The position numbers and the translations under genes are program-made. Under the pieces are notes generated by a model, which was not told the origin of the DNA, ran no database searches, and saw nothing but the letters and a program-made list of their open reading frames with translations. Positions 53,523-64,000 of a stretch of 64,000 nucleotides of DNA are shown here, in pieces. Position 1 is the stretch's first letter, and each line of letters starts with the position of its first letter. The DNA is from Mytilus trossulus (Eukaryota), in contig NC_086383.1 of NCBI RefSeq assembly GCF_036588685.1, positions 25,544,001 to 25,608,000 of the forward strand. Reading direction: 5' to 3'.

Positions 53523-53727
53523 CTGTTCTTTTACTTCTCTTACTTCTTGTAAGCATAACCAGATATGTCCACAGTGGTACATGTAGCATGCTGCATTATC
53601 TGATAGAAGAACAACGTCTTACTTTAAAGAAGTTGATATTTATAGTCATTATAATATTCTCAAGAAGTGAAGCCACACACGACCAATCCTGTTTCACAGA
53701 TTCTAAAACATGGGTGAAAATTGTATG
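53523..53727 (-). pseudogene. Decayed Sola3-like transposase exon (HTIFTHVLESVKQDWSCVASLLE...SDNAACY.HCG)
   Basis: AG/GT-bounded; QDW and SDNA.CY motifs of a DDD transposase core; contains frameshifts. Confidence 0.65.
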
Positions 53728-54173
53728 CTGAAAAAGAAATGCACAAGACAATTTTTATAGATGTAAATTGATACTGAATTCATTCCAAATAAAAGACTAC
53801 ATGTACATTTATTTATATTCATTTCATAAGAATCTATTTCATTAGAATCTTAAATCAAGGAATTTTTTGTTTTTTATAGTTAGTGTGATACATGTACATT
53901 TAAGAACACAATGGAAAATAATATAAAGTTCCAATTGATCATGTTTTATATATATAAAAAAATTGCTAAACAGTTTCAAACTCAGAACAACCTTATACAT
54001 GATTTACAAATAAGCATATTTTGGTTTTCCCGTTTGAATGATTTTACACTAGTAATTTTGGGGCCCTTCATAGCTTGTTATTCGTTGTGAGCCAAGGCTC
54101 TTTGTTGAAGACTCCAGTTGGTATTACTTATTGTGCAAACAGATTGTGGGGACAGAGACAGCATATTGATTTA

Positions 54174-54427
54174 CCTGAAAAAAACACATCTCAGTGATAT
54201 CATAATCAACTCTCCTTCATTGGCAGTGTCCACGGCTGGTTCGTGGATAGTCTGGCAACCTCCATGCAGTCTGAGGTCTGTCAATGCCGCGGCGTTATGT
54301 CTTCATTACATTCAGCGAGCTTTCGAACACTTTTATCCTGATTACATACAGGATTAAATCCCACATGAATGGGTTAAGACAGACTTATACTGCCCTTCAT
54401 GTCTGGAGGGACCATCTTGTCTGCCAT
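54174..54427 (-). pseudogene. Probable first exon remnant of the same transposase (MADK...CG...RKLAECNEDI...EGELIM)
   Basis: acaaATGGC start, donor cag|gtaaat, and colinearity with the downstream exons. Heavily decayed. Confidence 0.35.
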
Positions 54428-54875
54428 TTGTTATTGTTGTTGTGCAGACTACGCGCCTTTTTTTAAAAAGAGGTAACCAAGCAAGGGAGATAAACAATAC
54501 GGTGAATAACGCGTTTCGATGACTTTACTTTAGTGAATAACATTTTTCAAATAAAAATTTCCAAACTTTTTATTCATTGAAAGAGAAGATATGTATCAAC
54601 TGATTACAAATATAAAAAAAAATGTGTGCTAGGCATCTGCTGTTTACAGAAAATCAAATATATCGATGTTGACCTACTTCATGTTCTTTCAATGCCATTA
54701 CACTGTTGTATATAAGCGGACGGCGAATGCATTCAACCTATTTTTTTCAAGACAAATATGGCATACATCGATGTAATACTATGGTTTTGTCACTTTTATA
54801 AATGATTACAAAGTTCCCAAAATTTCACCATATTCCGTGTTTATGGACTTATCAGTTTTTATTTGATTTGCCTCT

Positions 54876-56498
54876 TCTACATCTACATTCTACATCTACA
54901 TTCTACGTTGATCTGTCAAACTTGACCAATACTCAACGCTTCCGGTGGGCGCAAGAAAAAGAGTAATTTTGTAAAGTAACCAAAGAATATAAAGGCGAGT
55001 ATAAAGTATAAAAAAAAAGTAAAAATAATAATAAAGCAATGAATTAAAAAAGGGGGGGGGGGGGGGGTCCCATTTGCTTTTCGTTCATCTGGCCTGAACC
55101 AATCCGGCTTCCGTGGCGGTACCAGGGAAATTAATCCCCGCCGGCACAGCTCCAGTCCATCATTTGACTTACTTGGCAAATGGGGGACTGCACAGATTAG
55201 ATAGAAAGGATTGAAAGCTCCCTCTTGAAAGATACCAAGGAGGGAGCCTCAGCTATAGTTGCTGGTAGTGAATTCCAAACTGTCACTGTTCTTGGGAAAA
55301 AACTGTATTTGTAGCCGTTAGTCTTGGTTGAGTATTGCCGGAACTTCTTGGTATGTGATGATCTTGTTCTCGATGACATTGGTGTTAAGTATGTGTCGCA
55401 TGGTATGTCCACAAGATCATTAACCACTTTGTAGAGTAATGTAAGCTGTAACTTAACTCTTCTGTTTTCCAATGATTCCCAGTCTAGTTCTTCTAACATG
55501 CTGCCCACACTACTGGTGTTCCTATAGCGGTTGGTGGCATAACGGGCTGCACGACGCTGGACCATTTCAACCTTTTTCAGGTCAGGAATAACCACCAATT
55601 GGTGGATTATACCTCAATTGACGTATAATCCACCAATTGAGGTATATTGTTATAGACCAATTGACGTATAATGCATTTTTTTGGTAATAAAATGCTAGTG
55701 TGAGATAGGAGCATGATTTTGCAACTTGCAACCTATTTTATGACCCTTCTTGGGTCTTCCAAAAGTTTTAGTTTAGTCAAAGCCTGCTGCATCTGTTGAG
55801 AATGCATGAGTACAACAATTCTTTTGTTGAAACATTTGTACTATTGACCATGATTGACTCTTTGTCATGAAAGTCAAGTATTAACAAAGAGCTCCATTCA
55901 CCTGTTGAGTTGTACTCATGATCACATGACTGCAGACAGTAATGATGTCCATTGAAAGGTGATTACAGGTAAATTTGCCAATCAAGAATTGACAAGATAA
56001 CAATAGAAGAAACTGGAAATACAATTATTGATTAAATGCAATATGTTATGTCACTTTACTAAACACGAAATGTTTGACAAGTTTTCATACCATAATATGG
56101 TTTTAAGAAAACAATGCTCCATTTTAGTAGAATAATTTGTTTTGAAAAACAAACAATTATACACCAATTGGTCTATACCATTATACCTCAATTGGTGGAT
56201 TATACGTCAATTGAGGTATAATCCACCAATTGGTGGTTATTCCTGACCTGTTTTTAACTTGATCTTTTTGGTGTGGATTCCATACTGTTGCGCAGTAGTC
56301 TAAGTTGGATCTGACCATTGCAACATATGCATTTGTCTTGGTTTCGCTGTTGGATGTTCTTAGGTTGCTTTTTAGGAATCCTAGCATGCTGTTCGCTTTT
56401 TTAGTTACTCTGTTGATGTGCTTGTTTCCAGGAGAGGTCGGATTCAATGTCGACTCCAAGGTATTTAGTACTTTTTGATCTTTCTAGCACTTGTCCTC
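54876..56498 (-). mobile_element. 5'-truncated CR1-group LINE (RT C-terminus plus 3'UTR), split by a MITE
   Basis: KYLGVDI..DLSW, KANSMLGFL, LDYCATVWNPH, EMVQRRAAR and SFFPRTV..WNSLP; stop at 55197; (tagaatgtagatg)n tail at 54876-54907. Confidence 0.88.
55578..56250. mobile_element. MITE with perfect ~69-bp TIRs and a 5-bp TSD (hAT5-like)
   Basis: caggtcaggaataaccaccaattggtgg... at both ends; ttttt at 55573-55577 and 56251-56255. Removing the element plus one TSD restores KDQVKKVEMVQRR. Confidence 0.9.
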
Positions 56499-56669
56499 TT
56501 ACACGGACCTGTACTTAAAAGGTCGTATTACCTCTCTAAAGAACAGCTTGCAGTCTTCAATCCTATTAATGGTCAAAAAAAGGATAAATTTTGTAATTTA
56601 GCCACTTTGGTAAATGTATACACAGATAAAGTCAGACGGAAGTAACTATTTTTGCGCCAGTTTTTGGGT

Positions 56670-57375
56670 TACACTAATGTCCTGACAATGTCCTGACAGA
56701 AATGAAAATGCTTAATTCTTTTTTATTATTTGAAGGATTTACTTGAAATTTGGAATCAAGCAAGATGAGAACTTATATTTTATAAATAAAATTTAAAAAA
56801 AATAAAAAAATATTTTTAAGAGTTAGAAAACTTGACCTGACCAACTTGACTTTGAAACTACTAATGTCCTGACCGATATGAAACGGCTAAAAAATGTTTT
56901 ATTATTGACAGGATAGACTTCAAATTCGATACCAAGGAAGATTAAAACATTTAATACAAAAATATAAGAAAAAATAAGAAAAAAAATATTTTCAAGAGTT
57001 AGAAAACTTGACCTGACCAACTACGTACTCCCGTGACTAATGTCCTGACCGATGTAAAATGCTAATAACTTTTTTGTTCTTTGAAGGTTCGACTTCAAAT
57101 TTGAGGTCAAGGGAGATTCTAACATTGAAAACAGAGATATAAGAAAAAATATTAAAAAAACTTATTTTAAGTGTTAGAAAACTTGACCTGACCAACGTCG
57201 ACTTTGCATGTCCTGATCAATGTAGAAAATGTTAATAACTTTTTGTTATTGAAAGAATTGACTTAATTAAAGTTCCTTACCAAGGGAAATTATAATATTC
57301 ATAATAAAAGTTTATGAAAACAAAATTTTGTTAATTTTTTAAATGTTAGAAAACTTGACCTGACCAACTTGATCT
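56670..57375 (+). repeat. ~175-bp tandem repeat (4+ units)
   Basis: gttagaaaacttgacctgaccaac at ~56822, 56998, 57173 and 57345; ctaatgtcctgac also recurs. Confidence 0.85.
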
Positions 57376-58907
57376 TTATATCATGAAAAAGTGTGAGGTA
57401 AATTAATTTGTTTTTTAGTATCTCAGATCCGTTAAAATTATAAAAAAAAACATTACCCCCTACTTTTGCAAAATACTCCTTGAAGAATAAATACCAACAA
57501 AGGAAAAAAAAACAACTACCAGAAGAGAAAGAAAATGTAGTGCTCCTTAACATCCCAATCCTTTTTCGTCGTCTGTAGCATGCTGATGCAGCCTACGTTT
57601 TCTTATGCGTAATCGAGAAATCTTTAAACTACTGCAAATCATCAAAATGGCTTTCATAAAGGAGCAACCACTTGTCTTAAAAAAGGGGTGTGAGTCAGAT
57701 CTTTTTTTCGCGCTAACGTTTTTTATTTAGTTTTTACGATGCTAGCAATCAAATTTTATTTATTTTACAATATTTAACACTATAATGTATGGTGAAGTTC
57801 TGGATTCCGATTTTTTTTTAATCATCTAAATGACCAAAATATTTTTTTTTATCAAATTTGAGGATCAAAATATTAAGCAAGGAACCCCCACCCCCTCTTT
57901 TTAAAGTCAAACGGTTGTTCTCAATCCGCAAGAAAACTGTCCGAAAAAATTTCATTCGGTTCTACGTAATGAACATTTAAATGACACATAGTTTACAAGT
58001 GTGAACAAATCTCATGCACAGGTAGCTAAACAAGGTGTATGGATGTAAACAAATGTAATGTGAAACCAGTGTGCATTACGGTAAACTAAATGTAAACATG
58101 TTTACTGTACATGGATTTTGGTGTGAACACGGCCTAAGACGATCTTGCTTGTGCAATGTAAACGCGAACTGGTCATTTTAAGATCAATTCAAATAAGGAT
58201 CGCTCCAATTTCGTTGCCAGTGTAAATGGGGTGTAAGAGAAATTGGTTATCAGAGATTTAAAAAAAAAAGACTTCTGTTGTTCACGATTTAAAAAAGATA
58301 AATGCATAACATAATGGTTTGATTTCGGAAAATATGATAAGCTGTGTTTGATTTATAGTGTTTCAACAAAATACTTTAATAATTTCTCGTTACATTGAAG
58401 GTTGGTGACCTTCTGCTGTTGTTTTTTCTATGGTCGGGTCGTTGTCTCTTTGATACATTCCCCATTTCCATTCTCAATTTTATTTAAAAGAATACACGAC
58501 ATAGGTCGTCAGTCAGCTTTTATCAATGTAGGATTTTAAACAATCATACACATGCAAATTACCTTAAGTATATGAAGGTTATAATTAAACATAATTTAAC
58601 ATCAAATATCTATCATCATTACCATATTCTCCGGATTAAATATCTTATTAAGACAAAAACTGACGAGGTAAGGACTGTCACAGGAATATGTTGAGGGTAT
58701 AAACTAGATTTTTTTTTTAATTTTAATTTAATCATAAATAAACAGATAACTCTTCTAATATTATGATAAAATTGAGAATGGAAATTAGGGAATATTTCGA
58801 AGAGACAACAAGCAGAGAACAGCCGAAGGCCACCAATGGGTCTTCAACCGTCAGCGAGAAAATTCCCGGTGCACCCGGAGGTGGTCCTCGACTGGCCCTT
58901 AATACAT

Positions 58908-61411
58908 AGATAAGATAAGATAAGATAAGATATTTTATTTTCCAATTATGGGCCCCAAAGGGCATAAACATTACAACATTAATAATTTTTTCATAATACA
59001 ATACAAACAATGAGATAAAAAAAAAAAAGTTAAACGAGAACTATTTAAGTTCTTAAAGAATACGTAGATAAAGAATCTATAGTATGTTTTTTTTTTAATA
59101 CTAATGCATGTTATTGCATGTGTGGTTGATATAGATAACAAACAAGTAGCCCAAAAAGAAAAAAAGAAAAATAGATATCCACATATGTATAGTACACAAA
59201 AAGTTGGATCAATTAAATATATAATAATTAGCCAAAAAGAAAGTAGAAATTAAACATGTCCATGACTCATCCTGTGTCAGCAGCAAATAGGAAAGCATTA
59301 TGGTTTCCTAAAGGCAGCTGACACCAGGGGGCGATACCTTATGGGCCATAGGCATGTAAAATGTGTGTAAATGTCTCTTTCCTACCTGTATCAAAAGCAA
59401 ACAAGGAAGCATCATAGGTAACTTGAATGCAGTTGATACCAGGGGACGATGCCTCAAGGATATAAGAGAACATTTGAATAAATAATATATCTTAACAATT
59501 TTTTTTTTTTAATCGGCTAGTATGTTTGTGATATTCAGATGAATATAATTTTCTATGACCAATCAAATGTATATACACACATAGATCTCCTTTAACTAAT
59601 CTTCACTAAGGAAGATGTTTGTATATAAAATTACATATTATTTTAAGTAACTCAACATTTTCTACACTAAATAACCAGATAATTTTGCTTTGACTGTTCA
59701 TATGATTAAAATAAGAATTATATTGTGCAATACTAGCTAACATACAATTTCTATCATCCTCAAATTTGTTACAATCAAATAGAAAATGAGCCTCATCTTC
59801 GACAGTATTGGAAGAACATTTATTACATATTCTGTTAATTCGGGGAATACCCTGATATCTACCTAATTCTATTTGTAATCTATGAGAAGATACACGTAAT
59901 TTAGTAAAACTTCTTCTAAGTTCAAAATTCTTGATCAATGTTAGATATTTTTCAAAACCAAAATTTGTTTTATATAAAAGGTAGGTTTTCAGTTTACTGT
60001 CTGAAAATTTATCTATTTGTTTTTTCCAACAGCTAATAAACAATATTGATAGCTTGGTTTGTATATATTTCTTAAATTTGTATAAGGATTCACAAAATGG
60101 AGCATTTATGGCATTTGTATAGTCAATACCAAGTATTTTAAAAACAACATTTATTGAACCATACCATGATGTTATATTCATGTGATGTAGTGTCTTTGAT
60201 TGTGTATATGCCTCTTTTAATAGAGGAAAATTATCACCTAAATTCTCTAATCTATACCAGTACAATAACATTCCTTTTATAATATTAAAATATATTGGAA
60301 ATCTTCCAAGTTCAGATAACACTGCAGCATTTGTTGTTTTTTTGTGTACCCCAAGTATAAATTTACAAAATTTTATATGAAGTTTCTCACAGGGTAAACC
60401 TGAATATAATTTTTCAAAAGATATATCTTCCTTCTTACATTTAGAGGAAAGAGAATTAAACATCCCCCATATTTCGCTACCATATAATAAAATAGGTTTT
60501 ACAGTGTGGTCAAAAACATGAATACTTGTTTTTACATCAGGATTAAGTGATAAAAGATCTTTCCTTAATTTGAAATGAGCTTTCAGGGATTTTTTGTATA
60601 GTTCATTTTGAGCATAACTGAATGATCCAGATGAGCTTAAATATAAACCTAGGTATTTGTATTTTGAAACACATTCCAGATTTATATTCTGAAATGTGAA
60701 TATCTGTTTTACATGTCTGCCTGCCTTGTTGAAAATCAGCACCTTTGTCTTATTAGTATTCACATTGAGACACCAATCTTTGCAAAATTTATCAAGCATT
60801 CCCAGCTTTTCTCGTAGTCCTTCAGCTGATGTAGATAATAAAACAATATCATCAGCATACATTAAACAATGTAGATCTTTGTCATTGACATTAACTGGGT
60901 CTCTAGTATCTGACAAATATCTGGGCAAATCATTTATGAATATCTTGAATAAATTCGGACTGAGGTTGTCACCTTGTTTGACTCCAATATCTAATGGGAA
61001 AAAATCACTTACTTGATTTTGAATTTTGACACATGATTTGCTAATTTCATACATACTTTTAATAATGTTATAAAAATAAGACCCAGCCCCAATATCTAGT
61101 AATTTAATCTTGATCCCTGTATGTATAACAGTATCAAAAGCCTTCTGAAAATCAACAAAACAGGCAAACAGTCTACCTTCTTTTGAATTACAGTATAATC
61201 ATTTGTTAATAAGACAGTTTAAAATAAACATATGATCTGCAGTTCTGGCTTTCCTTGTGAATCCAATTTGACTATCATGTATAATATTATGTTCCTGAAG
61301 AAATTTGTCCAGTCTTAGACTTAATATTCTATTAAAAAGCTTTCCAATTGCACTTGTTATTGTTATTCCTCTATAATTGTTAGGGTCACTTGTATCGTTG
61401 CTTTTAAAATA
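58908..61411 (-). mobile_element. 5'-truncated LINE (RTE-X/Crack-like) with a (TATCT)n tail, inserted in repeat family A
   Basis: RT ORF, ~700-bp 3'UTR, and aataaa followed by (tatct)n at 58908-58940. The host repeat resumes at ~61412. Confidence 0.88.
59606..61411 (-). pseudogene. LINE ORF2 reverse transcriptase with C-terminal CCHC knuckle; one in-frame stop
   Basis: NYRGIT, QIGF, FVDFQKAFDTV, GVKQGDNLSP, YADD, YKYLG, ELGRFP and C..C....EDEAHFLFDC. TGA at 61201-61199 is in the same frame as ORF 59606-61054. The endonuclease domain is absent. Confidence 0.92.
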
Positions 61412-61539
61412 CAATTGTGTACTAGTTCAGTGAAAATGGACGTCACACTAAACTCCAAAATATGTAAATGTAGTAAAATTAAAAATATACAAGACTATCG
61501 AAGGCCAGAGGCCATGCGGTTCCAGTTCCGATCAGCATA

Positions 61540-62250
61540 CTACTCTACACTAATGTAGACTAGTTTGTGATATCGAAAATCCTTGGTGTAATAACTTTTC
61601 AGTAATACAGAGATTTCTTTCGTTGAAATTAAATACGCTACACGAGCGAATCGAACAAAGATGGTGACAAAGGTACAATGGTAACAATGGACAATTAACA
61701 ATGGGAAATGAAAAATCATCTCTTTTATCATAAATTTTGGTATGACTGAGCTTCCCGTTAAAGATATCATGATCCAGGAAAGGGTGTAGTGTTCATTGTT
61801 AAAAGTGAGAATGGAAATGGGGAATGTATCAAAGAGAACACAACCCGACCATAGAACAGACAACAGCATTATCTTTATTTAAAGTCAGTTCGGCAGGATA
61901 AATTTCTTAAAGGTCTTTGCTTATATCGTAATAAATTGTAACAATACAGAAGCAGGTCCCCAATAAGCGGTGCACACTTAGTGCCGGCCATAGGAATTCC
62001 GTATAACTTGACGATATACGGAAAATTACGTGTGCGACAGAATTTGTTTGTCACCCTCAAAATAACATTTGTTCTCAAAATAATTAAACATTCATCTAAG
62101 AAAATTAGATCGAAAATATACCATTTACAATGCTCTTAAACGGGTTAATGCAATATACGAAGAAACTATATGTAGAAAGGGCAGAAACAATAGTTATATC
62201 ACATTCCATATAATATGAACAACAATACTATTTGCTAATTTGCACCAGCC
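61540..62250 (-). pseudogene. Decayed Penelope-like RT fragment
   Basis: GIPM.GTKCAPLIGDLLLYCY and VRFARV...FRYHKLV peptides; interrupted by repeat A at 61803-61868. Confidence 0.65.
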
Positions 62251-62329
62251 ACGAGGAAGGACTTAACTCAAAGTGTTTTTCTTTTCTATAATGGATGTCA
62301 TGCTGGTTCTAGTGCATGGTCAGTAATCA

Positions 62330-62528
62330 CTAAATATATAGATTTTGATATACATGTGACTATACATGTACTATTAACTCAATTTATATTTCATGTTTTT
62401 GTCAAACGTATTTCTATTTTTATTTTTGTTTATTGTCTATTGCAATTGTGTGATAAAAAATCAATGTACTGATTATGCCTGTAATGGGTCCACTATTGGA
62501 AATAAAATATATCTTATCTTATCTTATA
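62330..62528 (+). mobile_element. 3' tip of a related LINE ((TATCT)n tail)
   Basis: atgcc....gg.cc....attggaaataaaat + (tatct)n, similar to the 3' end at 58908-58970. Confidence 0.55.
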
Positions 62529-62647
62529 TTAAGAGACGTTTATTAATTAATACGTGTATCGCCTGTTGCAATCAAAATGTTGAGTTTAACTATAGTCCGA
62601 GAAAAACCTATTGATAACAGAAATTCAATGTATACATAACAAAGCAT

Positions 62648-62955
62648 TTTTATGCCCTACCTACGATAGTAGAGGGGCATTATGTTTTCTGGTCTTACGT
62701 CCGTTCGTCCGTTCGTTTGTCGTACCGTCCGTTCGTCCGTCTGTTACACTTCAGGTTAAAGTTTTTGGTCAAGGTAGTTTTTGATGAAGTTGACTGAAGT
62801 CCAATCAACTTGAAACTTAGTATACATGTTCCCTTTGATAAGATCATTCTAATTTTAATGCCAAATTAGAGAATTTATTCCAATTTCACGGTCCAGTAAA
62901 CATAGAAAATGATAGTGCGAGTTGGGCATCCGTGTACTGTGGACACATTCTTGTT
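62648..62955 (-). mobile_element. HINE-like element
   Basis: Reverse homolog of 24457-24755; (GTCC/GTTC)n and a terminal hairpin. Confidence 0.75.
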
Positions 62956-63526
62956 AATAATAATTCGGAAGAAATAAATATTTTAGTTAAAATTAATAAG
63001 AATGATAGCTGAAAGAAGCTTTATTTCTTTTAAAGCAGCGGTATTTGTTAAAGGGGCTGATCGATAAGACGCGCGTGTTCAACATCATGCAAGCATGGTG
63101 AAATGATTAAGTGGTTAAATGCTTGATAAGTGAAATGGCAGCTTTATTGTCCGTTTACGCCTACGCAGGTCAATTCAGTTAAATGATGCACTGTCTATAG
63201 TATTTCTCGCACTTATATCATCAGAAAAACGCCAAAGATAATATTAGTAACATTTCAGTATTGAAAAAAGTTTATATGCAACAGTTTCATCAAAGGAGCG
63301 AAGTGATGTAATTTAGAATGGTGACTTGTCAAGTATTTTGAAAAACTTTACTTTCAATGGTATACAGTCTTGAATTTAAGCCGTTGAGAGTGAAAACAAA
63401 ATCTACATGTTACAGCTTACAATTCATATATTTTCTCAGTTTTGAAATGGCAAAGTAGAGCTATAAATCTGTTATGGCATGTAGATAGTAACATGCATAA
63501 TTGAATTTCAAATATTTTGACCACGA

Positions 63527-63570
63527 GCATCACTGAAGAGACATGTATTGTCGAAATGCGCATCTGGTGC
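63527..63570 (+). ncRNA. Minimal type I hammerhead ribozyme with an intact catalytic core
   Basis: Helix I GCATCA/TGGTGC, CTGAAGA box, helix II GACA-tgtat-TGTC, GAAA box, short helix III with palindromic GCGC loop, and cleavage triplet ATC (cut after 63564). Confidence 0.85.
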
Positions 63571-64000
63571 AAGAAAATTAGTACCGTTCATTTTATTAAA
63601 ACAGTAAACGTAATAATAATAGAGGTTTTAAGTTTTTTCTGATAACCATCCAAAGAAAGAAAATAATATACATGTGGTAAGGGCTTTGTACATTGTTGAA
63701 GGCCGTATGGTGACCTATAGTTGTTAATGTCTGTCATTGGCAATCATATACCACATCTTCTTTTTTTATATGTGATGATGGGACAACTTCAATAGATTAT
63801 TTATACACATTATACATTTAAAAGAATAAAAGACATAGAAAAGGAACTTCAATTTTACACATTAGTTTTACAGTAACTTGATAATCTAAGCATTATCATT
63901 TTCTATTAATCTGTATGTATCAACCTCAATCAAATGTCAATGATTGTATAATCATGTAATATTAAAATGGGCCCGAAATTCTAGAATGTCTAGTCTTAGA

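Noticed and set aside
60696-61016. 106-aa plus-strand ORF
   Set aside because: It is the antisense shadow of the LINE RT.

Overview
AT-rich, intron- and repeat-dense animal genomic DNA. The dispersed repeat families look like those of a bivalve mollusc, most likely a Mytilus mussel (inference). Most entries in the ORF track are spurious, and the real coding content is spliced and was read by hand. (1) A candidate 3-exon, 101-aa secreted orphan peptide gene lies on the minus strand (27960-26322), with TATA/GC box, polyA signal and a 41-bp-stem hairpin in its 3'UTR. (2) Head-to-head with it are 5' exons of a FAXDC2-like fatty-acid-hydroxylase gene (+; 33725-33828, 34745-34866, possible first exon 29664-29713); its catalytic exons are not in the window. 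(3) From about 38 to 57 kb is a nested stack of DNA transposons. A decayed, spliced Sola3-like transposase carries in its introns a TTAA piggyBac-like element and a 7.8-kb intron-rich hAT element with a 6-bp TSD. The hAT in turn carries a 168-bp satellite-bearing Helentron-like element and a 1.37-kb TA-flanked TIR element whose ends supply splice sites that would restore the transposase frame (introner-like). (4) Two LINE remnants are present, one with a duplicated, covarying RNA stem-loop in its 3'UTR. (5) Also present are Penelope-like RT relics, several minimal type I hammerhead ribozyme motifs (one with an intact core at 63527-63570), MITEs, minisatellites and a local segmental duplication. 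Family names come from motif recognition, not database searches.
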